This document shows, in pieces, positions 57,136 through 64,000 of a DNA stretch of 64,000 nt. Under the pieces are notes generated by a model. That model was not told where the DNA came from. It made no database searches and saw only the letters and a list, made by a program, of their open reading frames with translations. Made by a program: the position numbers and the translations under genes. Source of the stretch: a virus; the IMG/VR virus record IMGVR_UViG_3300042291_000228, positions 38,329-102,328 of that record, one strand, 5' to 3'. The stretch's first letter is position 1, and each line of letters begins with the position of its first letter.

Positions 57136-57604
57136 TTATTTCCATCCATGTGTGATCGCCCATATACTTTACTTGGGCCTTGTATTCATAATCTTCTGGA
57201 GCACTAGACGACCACCCATTAGGTCCGTGCTGTGTCAGTAAGGTATGTTCTTTCCTTTTGTCCCAGACCAGCCAATAGACATTTCCCATAACAGGTTGAA
57301 ATTGATAAACCGCAGCGTGAACTGCATCTGTAATTTCCAATCTACGTTTGATAGCCTGAGCCTGTTTTTCCAACACACTAACCAACTCCATGATGCGATC
57401 ATATTCTTGCTGGGCATATATCCTAGCATGATTGATCATTAGATCCTTTTGCTTAGTAACAGGTACTAGATCAAATTTAACTCCGCCGGCTTCGGTAGGA
57501 TACTCTGATACATTTCTATTAAAAAAAGGTATCAGAGAACCAGTTGATGTAGAATCGTAACTGGTTCTTCCCTTGGCTGAGTTTGGCGTATTGTCTTCAG
57601 GCAT
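57128..57604 (-). CDS. DUF2452-like protein
   Basis: YPTEAGG.KF...QAQAIKRR...FQPVMGNVYWL...DHTW. Confidence 0.6.
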   Translation of the reverse strand: MPEDNTPNSAKGRTSYDSTSTGSLIPFFNRNVSEYPTEAGGVKFDLVPVTKQKDLMINHARIYAQQEYDRIMELVSVLEKQAQAIKRRLEITDAVHAAVYQFQPVMGNVYWLVWDKRKEHTLLTQHGPNGWSSSAPEDYEYKAQVKYMGDHTWMEINE

Positions 57605-58517
57605 TAATTCTAGCAAGTTTAATTAATACCGCGGCTAGATTTATCTCTGGATCAACAACCATAGAATGATCAACTAGTCCTTGTTTCAGTGTGAGTATGG
57701 CTTGATATTGTTCTTGGTCACCCCCGAAAATCTCAATATTGTCATATAGCCATCTATAAACTTCTTCAATTTCATCTGCTCGAAGTTTTGAACATAACAG
57801 TTTACGAGCATCGTGTATCTTCCCAGCTCGAAATAATGCCACCATTTCAAACTTCCACTCCAAGGTTCCTGCATCCTCTTTGGTAGGCGGATGCAGTTTT
57901 TGATCTGTTACGTGTTGTTGTAGTAGGTTGAGACATTTTCTAAGATCAGGATAAGCAGTACTAACATATAGATCCAGTGTTTCGAGATCAAACTCAACTG
58001 ATTCTTCTACTAGAACAGTGGCTGCTCTTGCTGTGTATTCTGTGATATCAAGTTTTGTAAAATGAAATTGCTGGCATCGACTATGCAATGCAGGCATTAT
58101 TTTATTTGGACTATTACAGGTTAGAATAAATCGAGCAAACGAACTGTACTCTTCAATGATACCTTTTAGAGAATCTTGTGCATTGGGACTCAGTCGATCT
58201 GCCTCGTCAAGTAACACTACCTTAAAAGGTCCCCAAGCAATAGTAGAAATAAAAGGAACAATTTTATCTCTAATAAAATCAATTCCAGTTTCTCTACTGG
58301 CGTTTACTTCTAAGACATCCGCATCTTCGATACCAATTTCATTGACCAACATCTTGGCCATAGTTGTTTTTCCAATACCAGGAGGTCCGCTTAACAGCAG
58401 ATGCGGAACGCTTTTGTCTTTAATCCAGGTCATTACCTGTCTACGCTGCGCTTCATCACGCCATACATAACCGTCAATGGTCTTAGGACGATATTTTTCT
58501 ACCCATAGTTCTTTCAT
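57597..58517 (-). CDS. Clamp loader AAA+ subunit (gp44/RFC-like)
   Basis: LWVEKYRP, GPPGIGKT, NAS, LLDEAD, SRC. Confidence 0.93.
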   Translation of the reverse strand: MKELWVEKYRPKTIDGYVWRDEAQRRQVMTWIKDKSVPHLLLSGPPGIGKTTMAKMLVNEIGIEDADVLEVNASRETGIDFIRDKIVPFISTIAWGPFKVVLLDEADRLSPNAQDSLKGIIEEYSSFARFILTCNSPNKIMPALHSRCQQFHFTKLDITEYTARAATVLVEESVEFDLETLDLYVSTAYPDLRKCLNLLQQHVTDQKLHPPTKEDAGTLEWKFEMVALFRAGKIHDARKLLCSKLRADEIEEVYRWLYDNIEIFGGDQEQYQAILTLKQGLVDHSMVVDPEINLAAVLIKLARINA

Positions 58518-58735
58518 ACAATTCTTCCTGTTCCTAACCAGATCAATTGATCTAATTCTTGTTGGTAATCTTTATTCATTCTACGCTTTTCGTAGATGGC
58601 TTGCAGAAGTTCTGCACCATCACCAAACCCCCCAACGCCAGCGCCACGGCTTTCCAATTCTTCAATTAGATCGTCTGTTTCAAAATCGCTCAAGTCAACA
58701 TCTACTTCAACTTCTTTATACATGGTTTTATACAT
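58514..58735 (-). CDS. Hypothetical protein
   Basis: EVEVDVDLSDFETDDLIEELESRG. Confidence 0.65.
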   Translation of the reverse strand: MYKTMYKEVEVDVDLSDFETDDLIEELESRGAGVGGFGDGAELLQAIYEKRRMNKDYQQELDQLIWLGTGRIV

Positions 58736-58902
58736 TATACTAACTCCTCAACAACGCCTAATATTTCTGCCATTATAAAACAAACTCCTGCCATTAGCAA
58801 GTTACCTGTAATCAAACAGCCACCTGCCACAATACGAATGGCACTCTTTGCAAGGCTAACATAAAAATGCCCCTTGCTTGTGTCTTTAGGTTGTATTTCC
58901 AT
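58735..58902 (-). CDS. Small membrane protein (55 aa, not in the ORF track)
   Basis: MEIQPKDTSKGHFYVSLAKSAIRIVAGGCLITGNLLMAGVCFIMAEILGVVEELV*; AGGA RBS; TAATG coupling. Confidence 0.65.
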   Translation of the reverse strand: MEIQPKDTSKGHFYVSLAKSAIRIVAGGCLITGNLLMAGVCFIMAEILGVVEELV

Positions 58903-58920
58903 CGCATATCCTTTTATGTT

Positions 58921-58957
58921 ATTATAGAGGAAAAGAAAGGGTCTGTCTAGACCCTTT
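58921..58957 (-). promoter_or_regulatory. Terminator hairpin overlapping a sigma70-like promoter (TAGACA-17-TATAAT)
   Basis: aaagggtc-tagaca-gaccctttctttt...tataat on the - strand. Confidence 0.6.
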
Positions 58958-58960
58958 GAG

Positions 58961-59329
58961 TTATTTGCTCACAAACGGAGCCAACTCCGGAGGCACCCAC
59001 CCTATAGGTTTCAATACCTTACCGTCTTCACGTTTACGAACCTTACCAGTCTCTGAATCGATCTTGGCAAAGTTGGTTTTCATGACTTCTTTCCAAGCAC
59101 CTTCAGCATCTGCACCCATACTGTGGATAGCACCAATAGTAACAACTAAAATGTCAATCAGTGCATCTAGTTGTTCTACCCTATCTTCTGCCAGTGTGGC
59201 TTCTAGTAATTCTTGGTGCTCTTCGTTAACGAGTTTAATATACATTGCGTATTGCTGCTCATCAAACTTGTCGACGCTTTGATCACATGCTCGCATAAAC
59301 TTCTCTTGGTCTCTAAAAGGATTAGTCAT
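58961..59329 (-). CDS. MazG-superfamily NTP pyrophosphohydrolase (DR2231/dUTPase-like)
   Basis: EEHQEL..EQLDALID...EVMKTNFAK...REDGKVLKP.GW.PP. Confidence 0.8.
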   Translation of the reverse strand: MTNPFRDQEKFMRACDQSVDKFDEQQYAMYIKLVNEEHQELLEATLAEDRVEQLDALIDILVVTIGAIHSMGADAEGAWKEVMKTNFAKIDSETGKVRKREDGKVLKPIGWVPPELAPFVSK

Positions 59330-60116
59330 TTTTTCTCCTATGTTTTTTGTTAATTGTTTCTACTCTATCTAACAGTTCAAAGTCTACGTTCTTATCAATG
59401 GCTTCCATGATTATTGCAGCAACGTCTTTAGGAAAGCATCCACCTCCCCAACCGTATTGTCCGTCAGGTCCGGGAACATTCATATGTGTATTACCAATTC
59501 GATTATCTGCTTTTGATAGATACTTTAAATCGTCCCAAGCAACTCCTTCTGCGTCTGCTAACATTTTAAAATCATTCATAAATGTTACCTTAGTTGCTAG
59601 ATAGGTGTTCATCATATATTTGTACAGCGAAGCAGTTTTTATATCTACTATGGTAAACTGGTCATGTACTAACGGAACACCTTGATGAATTGCTGTCCTA
59701 GCTTTAACACACCAATCGTAGCTGCCACCGAGTACAAAGTAGTTTGAGTTAGCATAGTCTGCAACATTATTGGCCGCAGTTAAAAACTCCGGACAGTAGA
59801 CTAAGTTGGGATATTGTTCCTGTAGACGAGCATAGACACTGGGTGGAGCAGTGACCTTGCTGATAACAGGAATTTGTTTATTGATGTTTACAAACAACAA
59901 CTCTTTTAGAGTGTCTTCTAGAATAGCTGTATCACAATGGCCGTCTTCGGTTGACGGACTTGGAACGCAGATAAAAATAGCATCACAGTCTACAAATTGA
60001 TCTAGAGATGCAGAATCTGCTAATTTGGGATCTCTAATAACAAGTTCGGCTTTGTGTTGGTAAGACCATCCAATAGCTTGACCCACAAAGCCAAACCCTA
60101 TAATACCTATACGCAT
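59322..60116 (-). CDS. UDP-glucose/GDP-mannose dehydrogenase family, short form lacking the C-terminal domain
   Basis: GFGFVG, ICVPSP, PEFL, KYMMNTYLATKVTF.N, GWGGGCFPKD. Confidence 0.85.
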   Translation of the reverse strand: MRIGIIGFGFVGQAIGWSYQHKAELVIRDPKLADSASLDQFVDCDAIFICVPSPSTEDGHCDTAILEDTLKELLFVNINKQIPVISKVTAPPSVYARLQEQYPNLVYCPEFLTAANNVADYANSNYFVLGGSYDWCVKARTAIHQGVPLVHDQFTIVDIKTASLYKYMMNTYLATKVTFMNDFKMLADAEGVAWDDLKYLSKADNRIGNTHMNVPGPDGQYGWGGGCFPKDVAAIIMEAIDKNVDFELLDRVETINKKHRRKND

Positions 60117-60124
60117 AACAATTC

Positions 60125-60364
60125 CTATTGTTTAAGTATTTTAATTATACGCTTTTGTTCCTGTTCTTTCAACCAGTTGTCTTCCATTGAGCCGAAGTTT
60201 GGCGAAATTTTTATAGCTTCGTTTACCAACTGTTGAATGATTAGCAAATCCTGTTTGCAACCCCAGGCAGTAAATCCGTCGTTGTGAGGACTGCTACATT
60301 CTCTAGACAGAGTATGAATTTGAGATGTAATGTTACCTACATCCCAAGATTTTTTAAAACCCAT
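60125..60364 (-). CDS. Hypothetical protein
   Basis: 79 aa, NDGFTAWGCKQDL. Confidence 0.6.
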   Translation of the reverse strand: MGFKKSWDVGNITSQIHTLSRECSSPHNDGFTAWGCKQDLLIIQQLVNEAIKISPNFGSMEDNWLKEQEQKRIIKILKQ

Positions 60365-60786
60365 TATACAATTTTAGATAAGTTACCGGGCATAAAGTCA
60401 TCAGGAGAAATAGTCATACTACTGCCGTTGCTGAATTCTTTACCAATATAAAAATCATTAGGTCTTTCATCGGCCACTGCCATGATAGATTTGATTTCTA
60501 CCTTCTGAAAGTCCTTGACACCTTCTCCGTCGTCGATGTTGATTTTTCTAGTCCAACGACCGTGTTCGATCAACACCCACTGCCCAACTTTGACATCTAT
60601 ATCTACTTCACTACCAACTTTATAAACTTTTGCCCAACGGGGTTTTACTCCGTGAGCTTTGCCGTTGTCACTTTGAATGAAAATACCGCCGGATGTGGTC
60701 ATGTCACCCATGTCCATATCAACAACTAATATGTCTTTGGACAGAGCTCGGACTTTGATTTTTTTAGGTGCGAATGCAAATGACAT
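60364..60786 (-). CDS. groES: GroES-like co-chaperonin
   Basis: DILV...TTSGGIFI...KVYKVG...VKVGQWVL. Confidence 0.8.
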   Translation of the reverse strand: MSFAFAPKKIKVRALSKDILVVDMDMGDMTTSGGIFIQSDNGKAHGVKPRWAKVYKVGSEVDIDVKVGQWVLIEHGRWTRKINIDDGEGVKDFQKVEIKSIMAVADERPNDFYIGKEFSNGSSMTISPDDFMPGNLSKIV

Positions 60787-60795
60787 AGATTTCTT

Positions 60796-61023
60796 TTATT
60801 TTTTATTGCCAGTGACACCAACTGTGTCTACTGAGCGTGGATTGTTTTGATAGTAGTCTGCTAGAATTTGTTCTCTAGTTTTAATAATCTTGCCACCCGC
60901 TCCTAGTTCGTCACCTCGAGCGTTTACTCTCATATTACCTACTGCTGGTGTATTTTCGTTGCGTAGACTTAGTTTTTCAAAATCAACTTCACGTCCTCTC
61001 ATTGTGCGATATGCTTTAGCCAT
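60796..61023 (-). CDS. Hypothetical protein
   Basis: AVGNMRVNARGDELGAGG. Confidence 0.7.
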   Translation of the reverse strand: MAKAYRTMRGREVDFEKLSLRNENTPAVGNMRVNARGDELGAGGKIIKTREQILADYYQNNPRSVDTVGVTGNKK

Positions 61024-61493
61024 TATTTTTCTCCTTTAAAGAATTCATCTATTGGTAGATTGTATTTAACACTGTCTATCTTGTGTACACCTATGATGTG
61101 AAGCACATAACTGGCTACACTTGATCCTCGCCCAACACCCCAAATCACATTGTTAGTTCTAAGAGTGTCCACAATATATTTCATGGTCTTGAGCATCGAA
61201 ATCATATTGTGTTTTTTATACAGTTCTATTTCCTGTATGATTCTTGGGTGATTTGATTCGGGACTATTTTCCAAGAGAAATGTTTCTATGTTCATTTCTT
61301 GATATGCTCTAGGAATAAACCAATTGTTGGAATTTATTGAGTCTTTGGGAATTGGATAGTCTAGATGTTCAGCAACTACAGTCTCGACATATTTTGACAG
61401 ATCTGCAGAACTTTGACAAAGGTCAAGTACTGTTGGCCCGTGTCGGAGTACACCTTTTACAAGTTCTTCTTGAGTATTATCTTCAGTCCACAT
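61023..61493 (-). CDS. Stand-alone fragment of DNA polymerase III alpha (DnaE) catalytic region
   Basis: RIIQEIEL...YIVD...WGVGRGSSVASYVLHIIGVHKIDSVKYNLPIDEFF; stops before PDIDxD. Confidence 0.75.
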   Translation of the reverse strand: MWTEDNTQEELVKGVLRHGPTVLDLCQSSADLSKYVETVVAEHLDYPIPKDSINSNNWFIPRAYQEMNIETFLLENSPESNHPRIIQEIELYKKHNMISMLKTMKYIVDTLRTNNVIWGVGRGSSVASYVLHIIGVHKIDSVKYNLPIDEFFKGEK

Positions 61494-61716
61494 TTATAAG
61501 TTGATTCAAATCTGTATCGTAAGTACCTTGAGTCTTAGCTAACATTCTCTTTGATAGCTCCTCTTTATATATTGTAACAAACGTAGACAGTTGTGTCAAC
61601 ATCTCATTTTTGCCCATTCTAGCGGCCAAAAAATATTTTCTAGTCAGTTCTTGAAGTTTTAATTCAACTTCACTGTCTTTGAGTAGACTGAGATCTTCCT
61701 CTAGGGGATGAAACAT
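61483..61716 (-). CDS. Hypothetical protein
   Basis: MFHPL...; TAATG coupling. Confidence 0.6.
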   Translation of the reverse strand: MFHPLEEDLSLLKDSEVELKLQELTRKYFLAARMGKNEMLTQLSTFVTIYKEELSKRMLAKTQGTYDTDLNQLINVD

Positions 61717-62297
61717 TAGGTGAACACTCCCACATAGTTTAGAAATATTGTTGCTGATTTGTATCTCCAAACTTCCAAAATAACCGGATTAGTAGCTGAC
61801 GTTAAAGTAAGCGTACCTAAAGCAATTAGCGATGCATTTTTCTTATAGACCAATCCACCAATACTTTTGAAAGTAATATTACGCGGAGTAGTACCGTCGC
61901 TGTACAATTCCAAAGTAATTTTACCAACACCGGCCGGAGTTTCATTTTCTGGAAATTCGAGAAAATTTATTTCTACATTAGTACCAAATTTATAAATTTG
62001 ATATGCCCCATTGGTATAAGTCACATCCAATGTTGACGCATTATAATTTCCACCATCAAATAGAGCATCTCGGTTGCCTTGTAATACAGCATTAGATATG
62101 ATATTTTGATTGAAATTGTTGCTTTGATTTAATCTAGCAGCACCAGTAGCAGAATCTTGGAAAATTTCCAATTCCTCTTTGGCATAGCGTAGGCTAGTTT
62201 TGATTGTGTCAAAGTTGTCTCTGAACACCTGTGTGTCGTTGTCTTGCCCTGCTACAGGAAAGTTTTCGTTTATACTGACGTAATTGATATTGCTCAC
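61716..62297 (-). CDS. Virion structural protein
   Basis: FPVAGQDNDTQVFRDNF..IK N-terminal motif; beta-rich C-terminus; late promoter upstream. Confidence 0.6.
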   Translation of the reverse strand: MSNINYVSINENFPVAGQDNDTQVFRDNFDTIKTSLRYAKEELEIFQDSATGAARLNQSNNFNQNIISNAVLQGNRDALFDGGNYNASTLDVTYTNGAYQIYKFGTNVEINFLEFPENETPAGVGKITLELYSDGTTPRNITFKSIGGLVYKKNASLIALGTLTLTSATNPVILEVWRYKSATIFLNYVGVFT

Positions 62298-64000
62298 GGT
62301 AATTTTTCTCCACGTTGCGGAAATGCTAGATATTTATTCTCAATGACACCGTCCAGCACATCAATCAGATACCTATCTGCGGTGAAATTTATTGATTTAA
62401 AATCAAAGTTGGTCTGCTTTATTCTGGAAATTATCTTGGCCCCTGATCCAGGTTTACTGTAACAAAGAACTAGAGCTTTAACATATCCAGCTTCCACAAA
62501 CGCTTGATTTTGTATACTTCTCATCCATAGTGGAAGGAATGTGCGGTCTCTTTCTCCTAGAGTTTTTATACGACTTCGCATATTTTTAAAACTGTTGGGA
62601 AACACTCTTTGATGATCGCTGTCGCTGATCAAAGGTATATTGCTGTCGATCTTTATGGTGTCATAACTTACAAGCACCTTGCTGTTGATATTGTTAGGAA
62701 GCTCTACTGTTTGACTGATACTTTTACCATCTTTTTCAAATTCGTCTACAACTTCCACATAAACTGCTTCATACAAAGTTTCTTGAGTGACGGGATCTTT
62801 GGCTTCCGCATACTGTAGATTGCCAAAACGTATCTGCTTGCGATAGTGATTTCGACTCATGGCCTGTACATAATTCACAGCTTCAACACTTTCAATGCCA
62901 GCAAACACCAGTATTTTTAATTCTGTCTGTATGCCAAAATTGGTATCACCGGGTCTATATAAATCATCGGATCTAAATATATTGTTATCCGTGATAAAAT
63001 TAAACCAATTCAGTCTTTTATCCTTGGTCTGAAATGCTTTAAGATACAGGTTGGCGAAAGTTTTTGTGTTGTCTGCTACCACCAGCATCGTGAATGCTTT
63101 TAACGATTCTGCAAAATTTGCAGAATCTTTGGCTATGATCTCAAATTTAAATGTTTTGTCAAAGCTGGTGTTGTTATCAAATGCTGGAGTATAGTTTCTA
63201 GACAGTGTAGAACTATCTTCACTGGGATTCAAACTGTCAATTCTTTCGTAGAATCTAGTGAGGCCAGGCCCGTTGTCATCACCAAATTGTTTTACCTTGC
63301 CGATTATGATACCCGTGGACTGAAAGTCTAATCCTGGCGGCAGTGTGCCTGTGGCAATTTCATAGATCACTCTGCCACCGTATCTCAAACTTCTAGCTTC
63401 TACAAACTTCTGACTGGGTTGATTGGGAACTATGGTTCCTAGATCACTGTCGGATATCCACTCTATACTGCTTTCAATTTCACCAATGATGTCTATACTG
63501 AATATTTTTTCAACAGTTGAAACACCCTTGGTCCAATATATGCTGTCCAATGCATCTGGAAATTGATTTCTACTGGCTTGCACAGCTATGTAGATAAAAT
63601 CTCCATACCTCACGGCCTGACCTATGGTATAGTTAAAAGTAGAACTCCAACTGCCCAGCAACACTGTGTAGACCAACGAGGACAGAGTGGCAGGATAATT
63701 AATAGCCTGTACGGTAAATTGATACGTTTTGGTTACAGCACTTTGATAAGGCACTCGACCAGCTATTTCACCAGTGATAGAATCAATCACCATGCCCGGA
63801 GGCAGTTGGCTCACAGTTTCCGGTATGATCACAGTCCAGTCATCAGGATCATTGGTTCTAATATTCGATACTGGAAAGTACACAGTTTCTGAACTAAGTT
63901 CCCATCGGCCAGTGGTAATTATTTCCCCGGTATCTTTGTATCTGTAGGTGCCACCGTTGGTAGGCAAAAATATATATGTAATAGTGCCGGCAAGTGAAGG
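62294..64000 (-). CDS. Large baseplate/structural protein with Ig-like repeats and a CBM5/12-like module (5' end outside the window)
   Basis: LPPGM.ID..TGEI.G and LPPGL...TG.I.G repeats; WSSTFNYTIGQAVRYG..Y....P....YW; frame open to the window edge. Confidence 0.7.
   Translation of the reverse strand, partial: PSLAGTITYIFLPTNGGTYRYKDTGEIITTGRWELSSETVYFPVSNIRTNDPDDWTVIIPETVSQLPPGMVIDSITGEIAGRVPYQSAVTKTYQFTVQAINYPATLSSLVYTVLLGSWSSTFNYTIGQAVRYGDFIYIAVQASRNQFPDALDSIYWTKGVSTVEKIFSIDIIGEIESSIEWISDSDLGTIVPNQPSQKFVEARSLRYGGRVIYEIATGTLPPGLDFQSTGIIIGKVKQFGDDNGPGLTRFYERIDSLNPSEDSSTLSRNYTPAFDNNTSFDKTFKFEIIAKDSANFAESLKAFTMLVVADNTKTFANLYLKAFQTKDKRLNWFNFITDNNIFRSDDLYRPGDTNFGIQTELKILVFAGIESVEAVNYVQAMSRNHYRKQIRFGNLQYAEAKDPVTQETLYEAVYVEVVDEFEKDGKSISQTVELPNNINSKVLVSYDTIKIDSNIPLISDSDHQRVFPNSFKNMRSRIKTLGERDRTFLPLWMRSIQNQAFVEAGYVKALVLCYSKPGSGAKIISRIKQTNFDFKSINFTADRYLIDVLDGVIENKYLAFPQRGEKLP

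Noticed and set aside
1208-63892. Numerous 60-180-aa ORFs antisense to or overlapping long genes in the ORF track
   Set aside because: They lie opposite well-supported genes, lack RBSs and motifs, and look like shadow frames.
1-64000. tRNA genes, CRISPR arrays or stop-codon reassignment
   Set aside because: No cloverleaf or repeat-spacer pattern was seen in the short intergenic gaps, and long genes read intact in the standard code using TAA, TAG and TGA stops.

Overview
This is a gene-dense, AT-rich 64-kb segment of a large (jumbo-type) dsDNA myophage with T4-like transcription signals: TA(TA)AATA late promoters plus sigma70-type early promoters. The host is probably a Gram-negative proteobacterium (spanins, GH19 endolysin, ClpA, ErpA, AGGAG RBSs). 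Layout: (1) 1-10.2 kb, + strand: baseplate/tail-fibre paralogues. (2) 10.2-18.1 kb, + strand: late cluster of four glycosyltransferase-like genes, two N-terminal-twitch radical SAM enzymes and an SGNH hydrolase. (3) 18.1-38.8 kb, - strand: replication and nucleotide genes (5'-3' exonuclease, dCMP deaminase, MazG-like, clamp, PolB, DsbA-like) interleaved with a 7-deazaguanine cluster (TGT/DpdA-like, DpdL-like T-fold protein, FolE, QueE). That cluster also holds a GT-B glycosyltransferase resembling queuosine mannosyltransferase (QTMAN/GTDC1) and two 2OG-Fe(II) oxygenases. (4) 38.9-44.5 kb: probable head-packaged proteins with capsid-targeting-like N-termini and modules separated by a recurrent QGVAEG-type linker that is conserved at DNA level. 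(5) ClpA/DnaJ, an expanded lysis cassette with a lipase, PhoH, clamp loader, short UDP-glucose dehydrogenase, GroES, an isolated DnaE fragment and further structural genes. The best candidate for an undescribed system is a glycosylated 7-deazaguanine nucleic-acid hypermodification pathway. Other notable items are an HNH endonuclease that appears to have replaced the 5' end of queE, tandem 8-nt-loop hairpins in the polB leader, and the cassette-like virion polyproteins. All family assignments come from motif recognition by eye; no database searches were run. No tRNA, rRNA or CRISPR array was recognised.
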